A stretch of DNA of 62,957 nucleotides, filler included, from Craspedostauros australis (Eukaryota): assembly GCA_030167865.1 (NCBI GenBank). It is 13 parts of 13 records of this genome, joined end to end, with 100 filler letters (N's around TTAATTAATTAA, not from the genome) between each part and the next. Parts side by side here need not be neighbours in the genome. Positions count along the whole stretch, not along the records: positions 30,398 to 38,682 come from JALAGF010006632.1; positions 38,783 to 43,461 come from JALAGF010006633.1; positions 43,562 to 47,128 come from JALAGF010006635.1; positions 47,229 to 54,365 come from JALAGF010006638.1; 9 more parts are not named here. The stretch is one strand, 5' to 3'. Below the pieces are notes generated by a model. That model did not search any database, was not told where the DNA came from, and was given only the letters and a program-made list of their open reading frames with translations. The translations under genes were made by a program, and so were the position numbers. Positions 37,304-50,423 of the stretch are shown one piece after another (the stretch's first letter is position 1; each line of letters begins with the position of its first letter).

Positions 37304-38399
37304 GCAGGGATAGCAATGGTGATGAGGCAACAGGTGATGGCGACAGCGATGGAAGGGATGGCGATCATCTTGAAAGCCCTGCGATTTGGAGACATCAAAG
37401 GCACCACGATGTTGCTGGTTGACGCTTCCCTATTGAAGGGCAAGTGGCTGACTCACTGTACGATCCCAAGACCTCAATGGGCTGCAAACATGCTTGGTGT
37501 TCCCAACACTCACAAGATTCAATACAAGAATGAGAAAGCTTGGTTACTTGACACTTCGAATGTCACTGATGCCAAAATGGTGGAGGAAGAGGCTTGGGAG
37601 TGCTCCGTTGTGAACAAACTTGGCACAACGGTGAAGGAAGACCACAAGTAGTCACCCCAACCAGTACCAGTGGATACAAAATGGCAAGATGAGGCGTAAA
37701 GCCCAGAAGAGTGTGAAACAGGGTGAAGTGAATGTATTTAATACAGCCCTCCGCAACAACCTCATGGAAACTGTTGATCACGACGCGATGTGGAAGGAAA
37801 CAACTGCTGCTATGGATCTTCCTCCTGTTGCAACACTGGGTTGCACCGCAAAGAAGAGTCAATCGTTTGAGCCTATCCTGACTATGTGTTGGCAGAGCTG
37901 ATCAAAATCTGCGTACTTGCTTGCCATGACTCAAGGAACAGAATGTCGAAGTACAACGCACGCCAACAACTGATGACGATGGAACGGGTGAAAACAGACT
38001 GGCACGCTCAACTACACGTATCACCACTGAGAGAAAAAGCATACCTCACCATGGACTATCTCAAGTTCAAAAAAGAACAAGAAAAGAAGTCAAAAACCGC
38101 TGACACGATGGAGTGCACAATGGTAAGTGTGGCTGCGAGCACCAGTGCGCAACCAACGTTGCATGATTCTGGTTGTGACGAAGATGAATTTGGACGGTGC
38201 AGAGCCAAGGAAGACGAAATGTTGCAGTAAATCCATGATGATTTGCATCCACATGCGGCAAAACAAGCAGTCGAAAGTGCGGAAACATTGAAGGAAAATG
38301 TGACGTGGGAAATTGTGAATCGTGTCAGAACCAGATTGCAAGCGACAAATAATTCAAAATAGGAACAGGTGTGACATCATCAGCGAGTTTTGGCGATAC

Positions 38400-38597
38400 C
38401 CGGCGAAGTCTAAGGAAGGTCTACAATGCCCGAAGACCAAAACTATTGCAAGGTCTATAACTTTTGATCCACAACTCTCCCGATTTTTAAATTAAATACC
38501 CCTCGACAGAATTTTATGTAGATTCCGAATATGTACTTATTTTGTTAAAGTTTAAGTCATGATCAGGCACGACTGCACCTTCGTTCACTCGAGTGGG
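38400..38597 (+). mobile_element. Probable DNA transposon right terminus related to the Sola3-like ends
   Basis: ATGTAGATTCCGAATATGTACTTATTTT resembles ATGAGGATTACGAATATGCGCTTAGTTTT (4181-4209). Ends GTTCACTCGAGTGGG. Confidence 0.45.
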
Positions 38598-41436
38598 TCA
38601 TATATACACACACAATGATCGGTAAAAAACAGGGGATTGCCTGGATGTGTGTGTGTGTGTGTGTTATGTGTGTGTGTTGTGTNNNNNNNNNNNNNNNNNN
38701 NNNNNNNNNNNNNNNNNNNNNNNNNNTTAATTAATTAANNNNNNNNNNNNNNNNNNNNNNNNNNNNNNNNNNNNNNNNNNNNTGACCCTCGGATTCCATT
38801 GCTTGAGTTGAAGCAAGTTGGATACACATGTTGAGACCACGGTGGTAGTGTGGTGGTCATCAGCATAAAGGAATCGAGGTATGTTGTAGTAAGGAGGATC
38901 TGAAGAGCATATAGTTCCCAAGTGGGATGTGAGTCAGGTCGGTCAGGTTTGAGTCATGATGGATTCGTGAATGGAGGAGAGAAAGGAGGAGAAAAGATTT
39001 GGTGGTCGATCAAGTTGGAAGATTTCGCGCCAAAACAAGAATTTCTCCCATCGGGTTGATACCGTGTTCGGTAATAGTCTGTCCCTCATTGAATCTCAAC
39101 TAAAATGGCAAAATCACGATGAATTAGAGTGTAAAGATGAACAAAGATGAATAATTCTGCTAGTAATTACGAATCGGTTTTGGATAGAGCTCCTTTTACG
39201 ATTTTCCACTGCCCCCCAAGTAGCCGCGCCAAGAGGGTCCGAAAAGGGGGAACGGTCTTGATGCACATTGGTGCGAGAGTCGGGCGCAGCGGCGCGGGAG
39301 TCAGCGGAGGCGCGACCAGCGCGGCAACAAGACAACTCGGGTTGTCGACTCGGCATCACCACCCGCCCGAAGCAGTTGCCGTTGGAGGCAGCCAGGCGAG
39401 TGACGGCTTCTGGGAACGTCGCAGCGGTGTGCTAAAATAGCTTCGACTTTCGTTTAAACTTTCATGTGCGTTGTTAAAGGACTAGAGTGCATAGTAGTAG
39501 ATATCCGCTGTGCACGCTTTTGTCCCTGTGTCATGGTCATACTTGAACCAAACGTGTTCAGAGAGACAACACGAGGCAAAGCGCCCAGGATGTCCGCGCG
39601 GTGCTTGTCGGTGTTGTCACGGTCGCTGCTGAGCACAGACATTTTCCAAATTTTGCACCACCACGACTTTCTGCGGCGGTTGGAGGCGCCTAACACGCAC
39701 ACAGCTTTTTTTGCATCACCCAGGCGAGCAGCGTTGGCCAAAACTCCTCAACGCTCGTGAAGAAAGAACGCCATCCACCGCTGTTATCCCATGGTCGCTG
39801 TTACATACAGGCAATTTCTTTTGTTTGCATCACTTCGATTTCTTGTCGTGGGCAAAGTTGCGGGCGCTTCAGCGCAGAGTTTTTTCCACCACCTGCGCGC
39901 ATGATACTCCCATAGGATGTTGCTTTTTCGTCCGTAGAGAAAAATCACGCGTCTCCCACCCGCTACCAGGTGGAGCATTGGTCGGCATTCTTGGTTCGCA
40001 GTCGCGCTTGGAAGAAGTGCTTGCGGTTCCTTGTGAGAGTGAAGCACTTCTGGTGTGCGAGTTTGACAGCGTTCGATTATGTTCTCTGCCATGGAATCAT
40101 CCTACCCCAATTAACACGGTTTCAGCCTTCACGCCCACACTTTACCGCTGAAGGGCTCACACTTGATCGATGGGAACAGCGCTCGATAAATGTCGGCAAG
40201 TTACTGTGGTGTACAAAGAAATGCGCATAGACTGCTGTACTATTGTACAAGAAATGCGGGTAGAATATTATAATAGTGTCGCGCACAAAGAAATGCCGGC
40301 TTGAAGATGTCTTGCCAGACGCACATTCTCCATAGTTGTCAATGATATATATGGGCCCGTGTTGCGTTCGTAGTCCGGTACTGTTGTGTGTGACAGGCTG
40401 CGAGTTCGTGCCCAGACGGGCATGGACAGTCGCGCCTCGGCTGGCGTGGCCGACTTGCGGTATATGTCGGTTTGAGGTCTCGCGTCCGCGAAAGGGGACT
40501 CGATAGTACTGTGCTATCGATATGGCGGGGACTGCATGCGGCACTGCGACGCCTGCCCCACAAGCTTAAAATTCCTTCGCGCTGCGAGGCTCAGTGGGTG
40601 GAACCACATTTCAGCAAAAAGATGTTCTGATCGCAGCGAGGTGCTCGCCCATGCTCCTGAACGGCAACGAGATGGATGCGCTTCCCTGGTTCAAACGACA
40701 CCAAGGTTGATGCACGTAGGCGTGTTTTTCCGAGACCAATCCTTGATCGCATGGGACAAAACCCGACGGGCATTACTCCAGATCGTGGTAGCAATGGTAC
40801 ACTGAAGCACGTGTAGACTTCGATGAAAAAAAGACAACGCTGATCGCGAGTACCCACCTCCGCGTGCGTTCGATTCGACCATACATCGAGAGGCACGCCT
40901 TTTCGCAGCACGAACCCAAATCAAGACTGATGAGGAACATGCCAAGGAATGGACCAACGGACAGGGCCAATGCCAATAACCGGCAACCGGCTTTGGCTTT
41001 CCCGAGACCAATTGTGATGCAACCAGTTGCCAGAGCCATGGAAGCACCAAGAGGACGAACACGAGCACCCAGCGTTCAGTACGATGAGCAAGGAGCGCGC
41101 CGAGTCGACGCGGAAGTGGGGACTGCAGATCCTCGATGGAACGAACCACGCATGCATACCATGGCCACCAACGCCGATGCTGATGGGAGCGTTTCACTCA
41201 GAGCTCCGAAACGGGACGCATGTCATGGTAAGACTGATGACTACGATCACGATTGCACGGTCTCGGATCATGCGAAGGGTTCGGCGAATGTTGCATCTGC
41301 ACACTCGCAAGTACTCGTACGGATACCGGTGTTGGAGGATCTTGCTTGACTGAGCCCTGATCCTCCCATCCTCTCGTCCGCGACAACCCGTTTGACTTCA
41401 TGTGTATAACGATCACCCCGTTCATTTCTTCTGGCC

Positions 41437-43461
41437 TTGCCTTACTTCGCCTCACCGTGCTTTGCCATGCCTACCCTGCATCTCGAATCGCATGGGTATA
41501 TTCTGCATTCTCATTTCCCTTCTTGCTCCGAAGGTCGCCAGCAACACGGCCCCTCTCGACAGAAGACGAAGAAGGTACGGCGAGATCTCGCTGCTTCTCG
41601 CCCCGGTGAAGCGGCGCCCCCACCCTTTTCACCGAGTGTGCGATTTCATTCAAACCCAGGCACTCCAAACCAACACCGCCAACCCCAACAGCACCAGCAG
41701 TACCAGCCGTACCTCCATCATCAGCAACACCACTACCACCAACCCGAACACGTCAGACCAACGGAAAATGCAGCAACGGGAACACCGCAGGCGAATCAAT
41801 ACGGCGCCATCTCGGATACTGTGAGGTCTCTGACTGTGGAGCACTATGATGGTGCAGGACCGCATGAATTGATAGAGCATGTTATGCCCGAAGCATACAG
41901 CTACGCTGCACAGCCACATATCGCAACAGGGCACCAAGCATACCAGGCAAACGAAAATCTGGTTGTTCCTTCTTCGTTCCATCACCAAGCCTTCGCAGAG
42001 CCATACGGGCAGAGCAGAGACAGCAGCCCAAGAATTGTTATACTCCGTCCAGCTCCAATGCCTGCCCAGCAGCTTCTTGTTGGAGAAAGGGGGGAGCTGT
42101 ACCTTCCAGCTCCAGCCTCTTTCCAGCCGAACGTTCTGAATGAGCCATTTGCGCCGACTCTGACCTATCCATCTGGGGCGCCAGGACACCCCCATACCTA
42201 TTCCGTCATGCATTCTTTGCCACCAACGAATGCACGCACGCAGGACAACTTCTCCATCGTTCGAGGCCCACCTCCCAACGAATCTGAGGTGTACGCTCAG
42301 GTGCCCGCAAGCAACGTGCGAGAGATTCGTTACATTCAGCCACCACAGCAACGAATCTGCGTGAGGCGGCTTCCGCCGACGCATTTCGCTAACCAGACAC
42401 GCGATGTGACGTATCGACGGCCTGCGCCGCAAGCTCTTGTGCCTGTGTCTGTGCTTGTGCCGACTCCTCATGCACGAGCATCGCCACGGCCAACGCCACC
42501 GACGATGGCCGCGCCACCAACAACACTCGCAACGACTTCTGACAGACCCATCGAGCATAAGGAACCAGCACAAAGCGATGCAACCGTGGGAGATGAGCAC
42601 TTGGACGACCAATCTAGTGCTTCATCCGCAGCTTCATCACCACCGTTGGCCACCGAGGGATCAACCCAGAACAACGCAGATGATACTGAAGCGGAGCGAT
42701 CGTCAATTCCTGACCCAGTGGCGGCATCACAAGAAAAGGCGTCATCGACAGCAGAGATCTGGGCACAAAATGCCGGCCTGCCCCACTTCCTCTCACCTTG
42801 CAACACGATTGATATCGACATGCTCAACCCAGGTCGACCAGGGTTGTACAGACACCCCGACTACGAACTCCAGCTGAAACTGACCAAGGATTTCCTTTCA
42901 CGAGACCTCGAGTCCACATCCAACACAAGCCCCACCAACGAAGCAATTCCAAGCGTCGACAGCCAGATGCGCGAACTGCCACGCATTCTCTGCCTGCTGT
43001 CAGATTACAAACGGCTCACCCCGAACCAAGTATTACTCCGCCTCCAGATCGAGGTTTTCATCTCTGGAGAGCACGAGCCCAACGTGCGCTCACGAGGAAG
43101 CAACAATCCCGTCGCGCACGGTCAAGTTGGGATGCGTTGCCGCCACTGCAAGAATTTGCCATTGGGATATCGCGGCCGTGGCGCCTCCTACTTCCCCGGA
43201 TGCATCCGAGGGATATATCAGGCTGCGCAGAACATGTACAAATCGCACATGCAGAGCAGAGCATGCAGCGAGTTGCCCACAGAAGTCATCGAAGAGTTCA
43301 GCCGCCTCTCGACGACAAAGCGCTCCAGTTCCGGTGCTGGAAAACAGTACTGGGCAGAAGCGGCCACGCGGATCGGTCTTGTAGACACGGATCGAGGCAT
43401 CCGCTTCGTCAACTATCTCACACCAGAAGAGAAGCAGAAACTGGCCAAAGACGGCCCACCC
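41437..43461 (+). CDS. Diatom-type putative Zn-binding regulatory protein of unknown function, 3' partial, 5' end probably spliced
   Basis: Pro/Gln/His-rich N-terminus, then QVLLRLQIEVF..GQVGMRCRHC..GASYFP..GIYQAAQNM..H....C..YWAEAATRIGLVD. Candidate intron 41575-41659. Confidence 0.8.
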
Positions 43462-43561
43462 NNNNNNNNNNNNNNNNNNNNNNNNNNNNNNNNNNNNNNN
43501 NNNNNTTAATTAATTAANNNNNNNNNNNNNNNNNNNNNNNNNNNNNNNNNNNNNNNNNNNN

Positions 43562-44977
43562 AACGACTGTGCCCATCACAACAACTATGACATCACGCTG
43601 CAGCATCCCACACCGGCACCGCTTTGCGATGAATGGAGATTCGCAACCATTGACGGAGATCTCTTGAATCAAACCTCTCAATCTCTCAGATTCGATGTAT
43701 TCATTGTTGAAGACGTTCAAATTAACTCCATCAAAGTGTTTCTGGCTCCTGGCTGTTCCAACATGCCATACANGAATACAAGATCTTCTTCCATCCCNNC
43801 ATCTGGCAGGTGGACAGCGGGAATTGGACTCAGATCGCCTCTGGCAACAACGGAGAAGTCGACTCTGATGGTTTCACGGCCTCTCTTCCATTTGATTCGC
43901 CTCTGTCCTTTTCAGTGGATACTGGCCTGATTTCCTTTCGTATCGATATGGCAAACCGGTCGAGGAACGCCCGTGCGGACTTCCCCACCTTGCCTCGAGC
44001 CGCCCATTGAAGACCGCCCGAATTGCCCGTTCGGCGTACCTGCGGGACTTGGCAGCGTGGAAGTTGATGGCAATCCATCCAGCATCGTTCCAGATGTTGT
44101 ATTCGCTTTTCCGGGAGTGTTCGAATTCTGTCGCGGCCTTGCCACTGCGAAGCCAACCGAATCACTCTCCCCTCCATCACAGCATCGCCGACAGCCTTGG
44201 CATCTGCCGCTCCGGCCGTGACACCGACAGCTACTTGTCGAAGCGTGGAGGCAGTGGGCCTTCCTCGGCTGTTCTTTATCGACCAAGTGGAATCGCAGCG
44301 ATTCGATATTGAGGTGTTGGACACCGTCGATGTCACTGGCATGAGACCTGCTCTATCCACCGTGGGTAATCAACCATATTCCATCTTCTACCATCCCAGC
44401 TCATGGGATGCGCCTGGTGCCTGGAGAGATTGCATCCGGAACCATCGAGGCGAGAGGTGCAGACGGGTTCACCGATGTGATCTCGTTCAATCCACCGCTG
44501 TCCTTTTCAGCAAGCGATGGCATGGTCGCCATCCGTGTGGATACGCAGACAGAATCATTGAATGATGCCCCGGGGGACTTCGAGCCTATACCACCAGACT
44601 GGTTCGAATGTGAGGGATGCCCGTTCATCATGATCCCAGGGTTGTCAAGCGAAGAGGTTGAAGAGTATCCTGGTGCCGCTTGCGAAGGTTTCTGCGACTT
44701 CTTCATGGGATCGTTGGAGTTCTGCAACAACGACTCCCTCACAGTGTTGACTACGAATACACCATCGGACATGGCATCTGCTTCACCATCGCTTCTGCCA
44801 TCACCCGCACCGTCGCCGTCGCCTTCGCCGTCATCCAGACCATCGTTCATGCCCTCGCCCACACCATCCTCCGCATCATCTTCTCAACCAACCCTGGCCT
44901 GGAGCACAAAGGGAGCGAAGGGATCAAAACCATCGAAAGAAAGCAAAACGAGCAAGTCCGCCAAATCATCCAAGTGA
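43562..44977 (+). CDS. Putative secreted/cell-wall protein: repeated domain, PS stalk, C-terminal KxxK lysine cluster. Upstream frame is broken.
   Basis: Ends SPSPSPSSRPS...KGAKGSKPSKESKTSKSAKSSK*. The IASG..DGFT..FxxPLSFS..G.I..R.D module occurs at about 43830 and 44425 in different frames. Confidence 0.6.
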
Positions 44978-45939
44978 TCAAGGAGCACCAATGTAGTGAT
45001 GATGGAGAGGCGATGATGGGAGAGAGTGGGAAGGGAGAAGATCGCTTGTGCCTGGTCATCGTTGGGCTGTGCGTCGGTGAAGCGGTGCACGACACTCGAC
45101 GTGACACTTGTCCCACGACGGAACTGTTCGCAACCACTCTCGCGAAAGATCCCTCCGAGTGAAGTGGGTCACGAAATACGAGTCACGGAAAGCGTGATGA
45201 AATGCTGCACTTGGCCTCAGTAGATGGTGAGATGACTCAGTTGAACACATCCATCTGTTGTCACGATGACGTCAAGTTGCCTTTTCCATCTGCTCCAATT
45301 TGTCATACAACAATTTGAATTCTGAATGTCGCATACGACAACAAAACGTCACGATGACCACACCGTCCAGCATCTCGGTCGCCACAAACCGCTTCGCACA
45401 TGACCCTGTTGTTTTTTTTCACAAAACGCAACAAGGCATCAACGCGGTGGTCAACATGCTCATGAACAACAGATCAATGATTTCAAAAGACAACGCGGTA
45501 CAACGCGACAGATTTCGATCGTGGATACACGTTTCTGCNNNNNNNNNNNNNNNNNNNNNNNNNNNNNNNNNNNNNNNNNNNNNNNNNNCGTTGCAAGTTA
45601 GCGAGCATCCTTTCAAAGGCAACGGTCATGGCTTTGCATGTACCAAATACCGTTAGAATGAGCATGCGGATTGCGGCGTCGAAGCACAGAGTGCACAACA
45701 TGCGCACTCACGTCGAGCTCCTCTCCAACTTTGAGCCACAGACATCGCGGTACAACGCTGTACAACGCGGCAAGTCCAAGTTCTTTCGTTGTTCTCCTCG
45801 TCCTCCATTTGCCTCTTCATAAAAGGAGCAACTTCGCAACACAAATTTTCGACGCACACCCCTTCCACATCAACCGACGATTGATCTGAAGGAGCACTCC
45901 CCATCAGCACACGCACACATCCGAACGACAACATCAACC

Positions 45940-46753
45940 ATGGCGAGTTCCACAAACGACGCCCACAATCATGCGATTTTGGCACTTTCCCTCGCATTTC
46001 GAACACTCGGACCCCACAAAGCGAGACTCACTCACGCTGACATTCGGACCTTCGTTGCATGCTCAATAGATGCAATCGACATGATCCAACCCCCCCAAGG
46101 ACGGCAGAGAATCTTGATTAGTTGGGAAAACTTGAGCCGCGCGGTCGATCGTCAAGACGCGACACCGCAAGAGCATTTCAGGACGCTGGGTCGCTGCATC
46201 GGTCGGCTCCCCAGTGTGATTGGATCTGCTCTATTGGGTCCTCGGTGTGCCGTTCTTCCCGACGACATTCTCGACGGGTTCCTGTCAAACATGGGGAGCG
46301 TGGTGTCCCACTGGGAGAACGAAGGGAACCACGAAAAATTTGAGCGAGCTACGAAGATGCTCAACATGGTATTGGAATACATCCGATCGTAGTACGATGT
46401 GAATTGGTTGGCCAACACCATTGCAAGACGTGCCCGTGGAGCGGCGAACCAAGTTGCCTCAGGTGTGAACTCTTTCGAAGACGCCATTGCTGACGGTACC
46501 GGCATGCCAATTTGTTTCATGTCCAGCATTGCTAGCAATGCCAACAACAGCAACAACAACAACAACAACGACAGCGGCAACTGATACTGCTGACCCAGAA
46601 GCAGCAGCCGTTGCTGCTCCACCATCTTGTGCAGATCAGGAAGCCGTGCCAACAACGACGACAACGACATCTGCTGCTGGCCCACAAGCAGCAGCCGCCC
46701 CCTCCCGCCCCCTCCAACTAGTGCAGATCAGGACACAAACAGCACAGCCATGA
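45940..46753 (+). pseudogene. Hypothetical protein, possibly disrupted
   Basis: 150-aa ATG ORF whose frame stays protein-like past TAG 46390-46392, then appears to shift frame into a Thr/Ala-rich tail near a CAA repeat. Confidence 0.35.
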
Positions 46754-49168
46754 GGGCAACGGAAAACGTAGTAAATAGTAATATAGTGCAATGATTGAAT
46801 AAATACTGACTTCTTACTTTAGTATCTGCTACAACTGTTCTACCATCACTTCGATGGTATTGTGTCCATGAAGATGAAGCGACGCGTTGGTGCAAGAATG
46901 ATGCTGAGAACCTCAGCAGCCTGCAACAAATGCTGTTGGATCCAGGATGCATTCCGTTGCGTGACGTGACGCAGGATGGAGGCGAAGGCAGTCCAGATGG
47001 GTCCATATGGATGAATGTCTGATGTCGTCCCGATCGGCGGTTCGAACTTGGCGTATCCCAGGATCAGCACGACGTCGTGCCGTTGTTGAAGAAGTGTTGG
47101 CAGATGGCAGTCTTGCCGACGCCTGCAANNNNNNNNNNNNNNNNNNNNNNNNNNNNNNNNNNNNNNNNNNNNTTAATTAATTAANNNNNNNNNNNNNNNN
47201 NNNNNNNNNNNNNNNNNNNNNNNNNNNNCCATGCTCTGACCGCTCTTCATTGGATCCTCCATGTCGCTGAGGATGTGCAACTGCGCCGCGCATTATTTCC
47301 ATGCAGTGTGTGCGCATTTTAGCATGTATCGCGTGGGCAATGTAGAAGCCAGTGTTCGATTGGCCATAGCGGCGCTGAAGATCAGTAAAGAACATGAGGC
47401 TTAATCCACAGAATGGTTCGAACGCGGTTTGATGGAGCACGAACAGCGAATGCGTCAACGAATTCATCCATGGCATGAGCGTGAGATATTTAGCTACTCT
47501 TTGAGAGGGTGTAACAACCAGCGTCAATGAAGACAGTTGTGATGCGTGATCAGGAACTGATGTTTCCTCGCGAGGTTAGTATGCGGAAAAGCGACGAAAA
47601 GAGCTTGCAGTTGGTACATCTTTGGAAGAAGTGAGGTTCGAAGACCAGGACTACATGGGCAGGTGCAGGAGAGGATATTGCATCTATTGCAAGAAACGGC
47701 ACGATGATCCGACGTCAGGGCGATGCACAACCTTGCGTAAAATGGAGAGACTCAGGTGAACAGCACAGTCCGAATCAAAAACACGTAATAACACACGATA
47801 ATTTTTGGCGCGAACTTTTGTGTGTTCACGAATTGATGATCATGGCTGTCACGAGCATTAGTGACTGACTTCAAACACCCAAGGCAACACACAAAAGCAT
47901 CCTGGACTGTTAACCAGCATAATAGAGCCCAAACGTAGTGGCTGTTGTCTTGTTGGCTGTTGTTTAGCTGTAGGGCAGAGGCTTGATTGACAAGCGGTCT
48001 GAACAAGAGTCTTCTGTTCCATAAGTGGTCGATTGAGAATACTGGTAGATGGTGAAGAAACGTGTGGATTATGAGTGTTATTGCTATGGTTCTTCTCCAT
48101 GGGGTGGATCTCCAATGGTGCCCTAAAGGAAATGGCGTACAAGTCACATAACTTGTGTACTGCGGATGGGATCCGTTTACCGAGTTGGTTGCGAGGTGAT
48201 GGACGTTGGTGTGCGTTCCGTGGGGTGCTGTTCTCACCGTGCTTGTTCGTGTTCGTGCGTCGATGTTTTGGCGAGGCGGAGGGATCGGTGACCTGGTCAT
48301 CGGAACCCTTCAACATGGCTGACATGGGTCGCCAAAGATCTGCTTCAATGATCCAGACCAGTTCCCAAACGTGGGTTCGGGTGTGGTGTTCAATCGATCT
48401 ACTGGAATGCTGATGAGTCATGTGACTCGTAGTGTCCATCACTAAGGTAGATACTAGTTTAGCTCTATTACTCCCCTTCATCTCACGTCGGAACGTGAGT
48501 TGACTGAAAGCAAGAAAGCTAATCGTAGTGTGGTTCGTGCGGCCGCCCAAGATGGCGGCAAGTGGATTTCATTCATGATGCCCACTGGCGTCGTTGAACG
48601 GATGATCGTGGTGGCGGTCATTTGCCATCTTCTCCAGGCATTTGTTCAACATGGATGTGATGCTGACCTGATGGATTGCGTTGATGTGGGTCAGGCCTCC
48701 ACGGAAGAGGATCGTAGCAAGATTGTTGATGGCAATCGGGGATCTGGGGTCAGTACGGATTGCAGCCATGATTTGGGCGGTGTGGTCGATTGGTGGCTGA
48801 TACACGACCATCTGCCCAGGTAATGGTCCTTGATGTAGTCCCATGATATGTCTGGATCTGAGCCATCTAGGGGATGGGTATGAGACCAGCGGTTGATGAT
48901 CCACCCAAGGTCTCTTCCGTGGGTTGGCGGTTTCTTCCATGCTTGGGGTTGTCGAGTCGGGGGTGGTACCTCCTTGGGCTCGAATGGGCCGATGGTTGGA
49001 GGTGTGCTGCCTTCCTCCTCTTCTCCTGGTCCCGTGGTAACGGTTGTATCGGTCGTATTCATTGGATCCCCGGGTGGAGTAGAGGGATCCTTTCGTTCGA
49101 CCTGGGTGGTTGGTGGTGCTGGTGCAACGCTCCTGGCTACTCCGCCAACGGACTTCCGGGCAAGGAGG

Positions 49169-49975
49169 TGTTGGCAAGTTCCGCTCACGGTAGCCTACGA
49201 TCGTGGAAGATGGTGTTGGTTGATAGTTGTTCGTTTGCTATTTCATTACTTGGCTACTCCGATCCTCTCGGTGTACACCAGTTCTCTTGCCCGATGCTCT
49301 TGGCGCTTCAATCTGTTTTGTAGATTTGGTCTCCGACTATGAGTCGGTGTGCGAGATGCTCTCTCGCTGCTCTTTGTATTCTCTCTCTCTTTCTGTCTCA
49401 GCATCATGTACTTCGTGCCATACGATACTCCGTGTTCGATGCGTACTCCGCATTCGACACTCCGTTCGTTCAGTACTGGCTCCTACTCCATGAGTACTTA
49501 CCATTTGAAGTTCACCTTCTGTATCCATGATGCTGATCCTCTTCGGTCATCAGATCTTTGCCTCCTGCTCTGACTTGGAGACAGATGTCGACGTGGTGAC
49601 ATGATGACATCCTGTCGACGTCAGTAGGCGTCCTTCNNNNNNNNNNNNNNNNNNNNNNNNNNNNNNNNNNNNNNNNNNNNNNNNNNNNNNNNNNNNNNNN
49701 NNNNNNNNNNNNNNNNNNNNNNNNNNNNNNNNNNNNNNNNNNNNNNNNNNNNNNNNNNNNNNNNNNNNNNNNNNNNNNNNNNNNNNNNNNNNNNNNNNNN
49801 NNNNNNNNNNNNNNNNNNNNNNNNNNNNNNNNNNNNNNNNNNNNNNNNNNNNNNNNNNNNNNNNNNNNNNNNNNNNNAATCACAGTATACTATCGACACG
49901 AATGTAGTTATACCGTCCAAGTGCATATGAGAGAATAACGGGTGAACGATGCACATATACAGGTACATCTTGACA
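49169..49975. repeat. LTR-like repeat, about 0.8 kb including a gap
   Basis: TGTTGGCAAG...CATCTTGACA. Collinear homology with 56803-57592 (e.g. TTCGATGCGTACTCCGCATT, GGTGAACGATGCACATA). Confidence 0.8.
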
Positions 49976-50423
49976 TATACTCACATGTACATCTCGACGT
50001 ATCCATGATTGGGTTGGTGGCCACCGTCCCAATGGGTTTGCCGTCCTTGTCGCGAAGCCGTTTTGTGACGCGAGCGAATTCCAGATACTCTCCCCCGCGA
50101 TCGATAGATAGCTCCATGTTGAGGTATCCATCGAACATATCAGGGTCGAAAGCGTCATCGGCCTCCGCGGCGTCCCCGTTGCTGAACGTGCGGGAGAACT
50201 CGGCCGCAAAGTCAGGATCGTCGTCATTCAGCTCGGCCCATGCGGAAAGCTGCGGCCTCTCTCCCGTGACCGCCAGCCGCTCCTCTTTGAAACGCCGAGC
50301 TATCGCAGCATCATATGCCACGAATTTCTCCGTGTGGGCATTGATACCCATCTCAACAGTGGTCACACGCTGCACCGTAGTGCGCGCCATGGGAATGCCA
50401 GATGCTGGCAAAACCCAATATGA
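49976..50423 (-). mobile_element. CoDi-like copia pol fragment (region downstream of the integrase core)
   Basis: SYWVLPASGIPMARTTVQRVT..YLNMELSIDRGG..ARVTKRLRDKDGKPIG..NPIMDT. Cut by the LTR on one side and the Sola-like terminus on the other. Confidence 0.8.

Larger units (their letters stand above)
31061..37422 (+). pseudogene. Gly/Asp-rich coding region split by the copia insertion (31061-31457 joined to 37309-37422)
   Basis: DGGDGNKDGDGG...DGDDGR continues after the 3' LTR/TSD as DSNGDEATGDGDSDGRDGD. Confidence 0.55.

Noticed and set aside
47229..49168. Possible decayed gene on the minus strand
   Set aside because: Fragmented frames with no motif I can identify, so no call is supportable.
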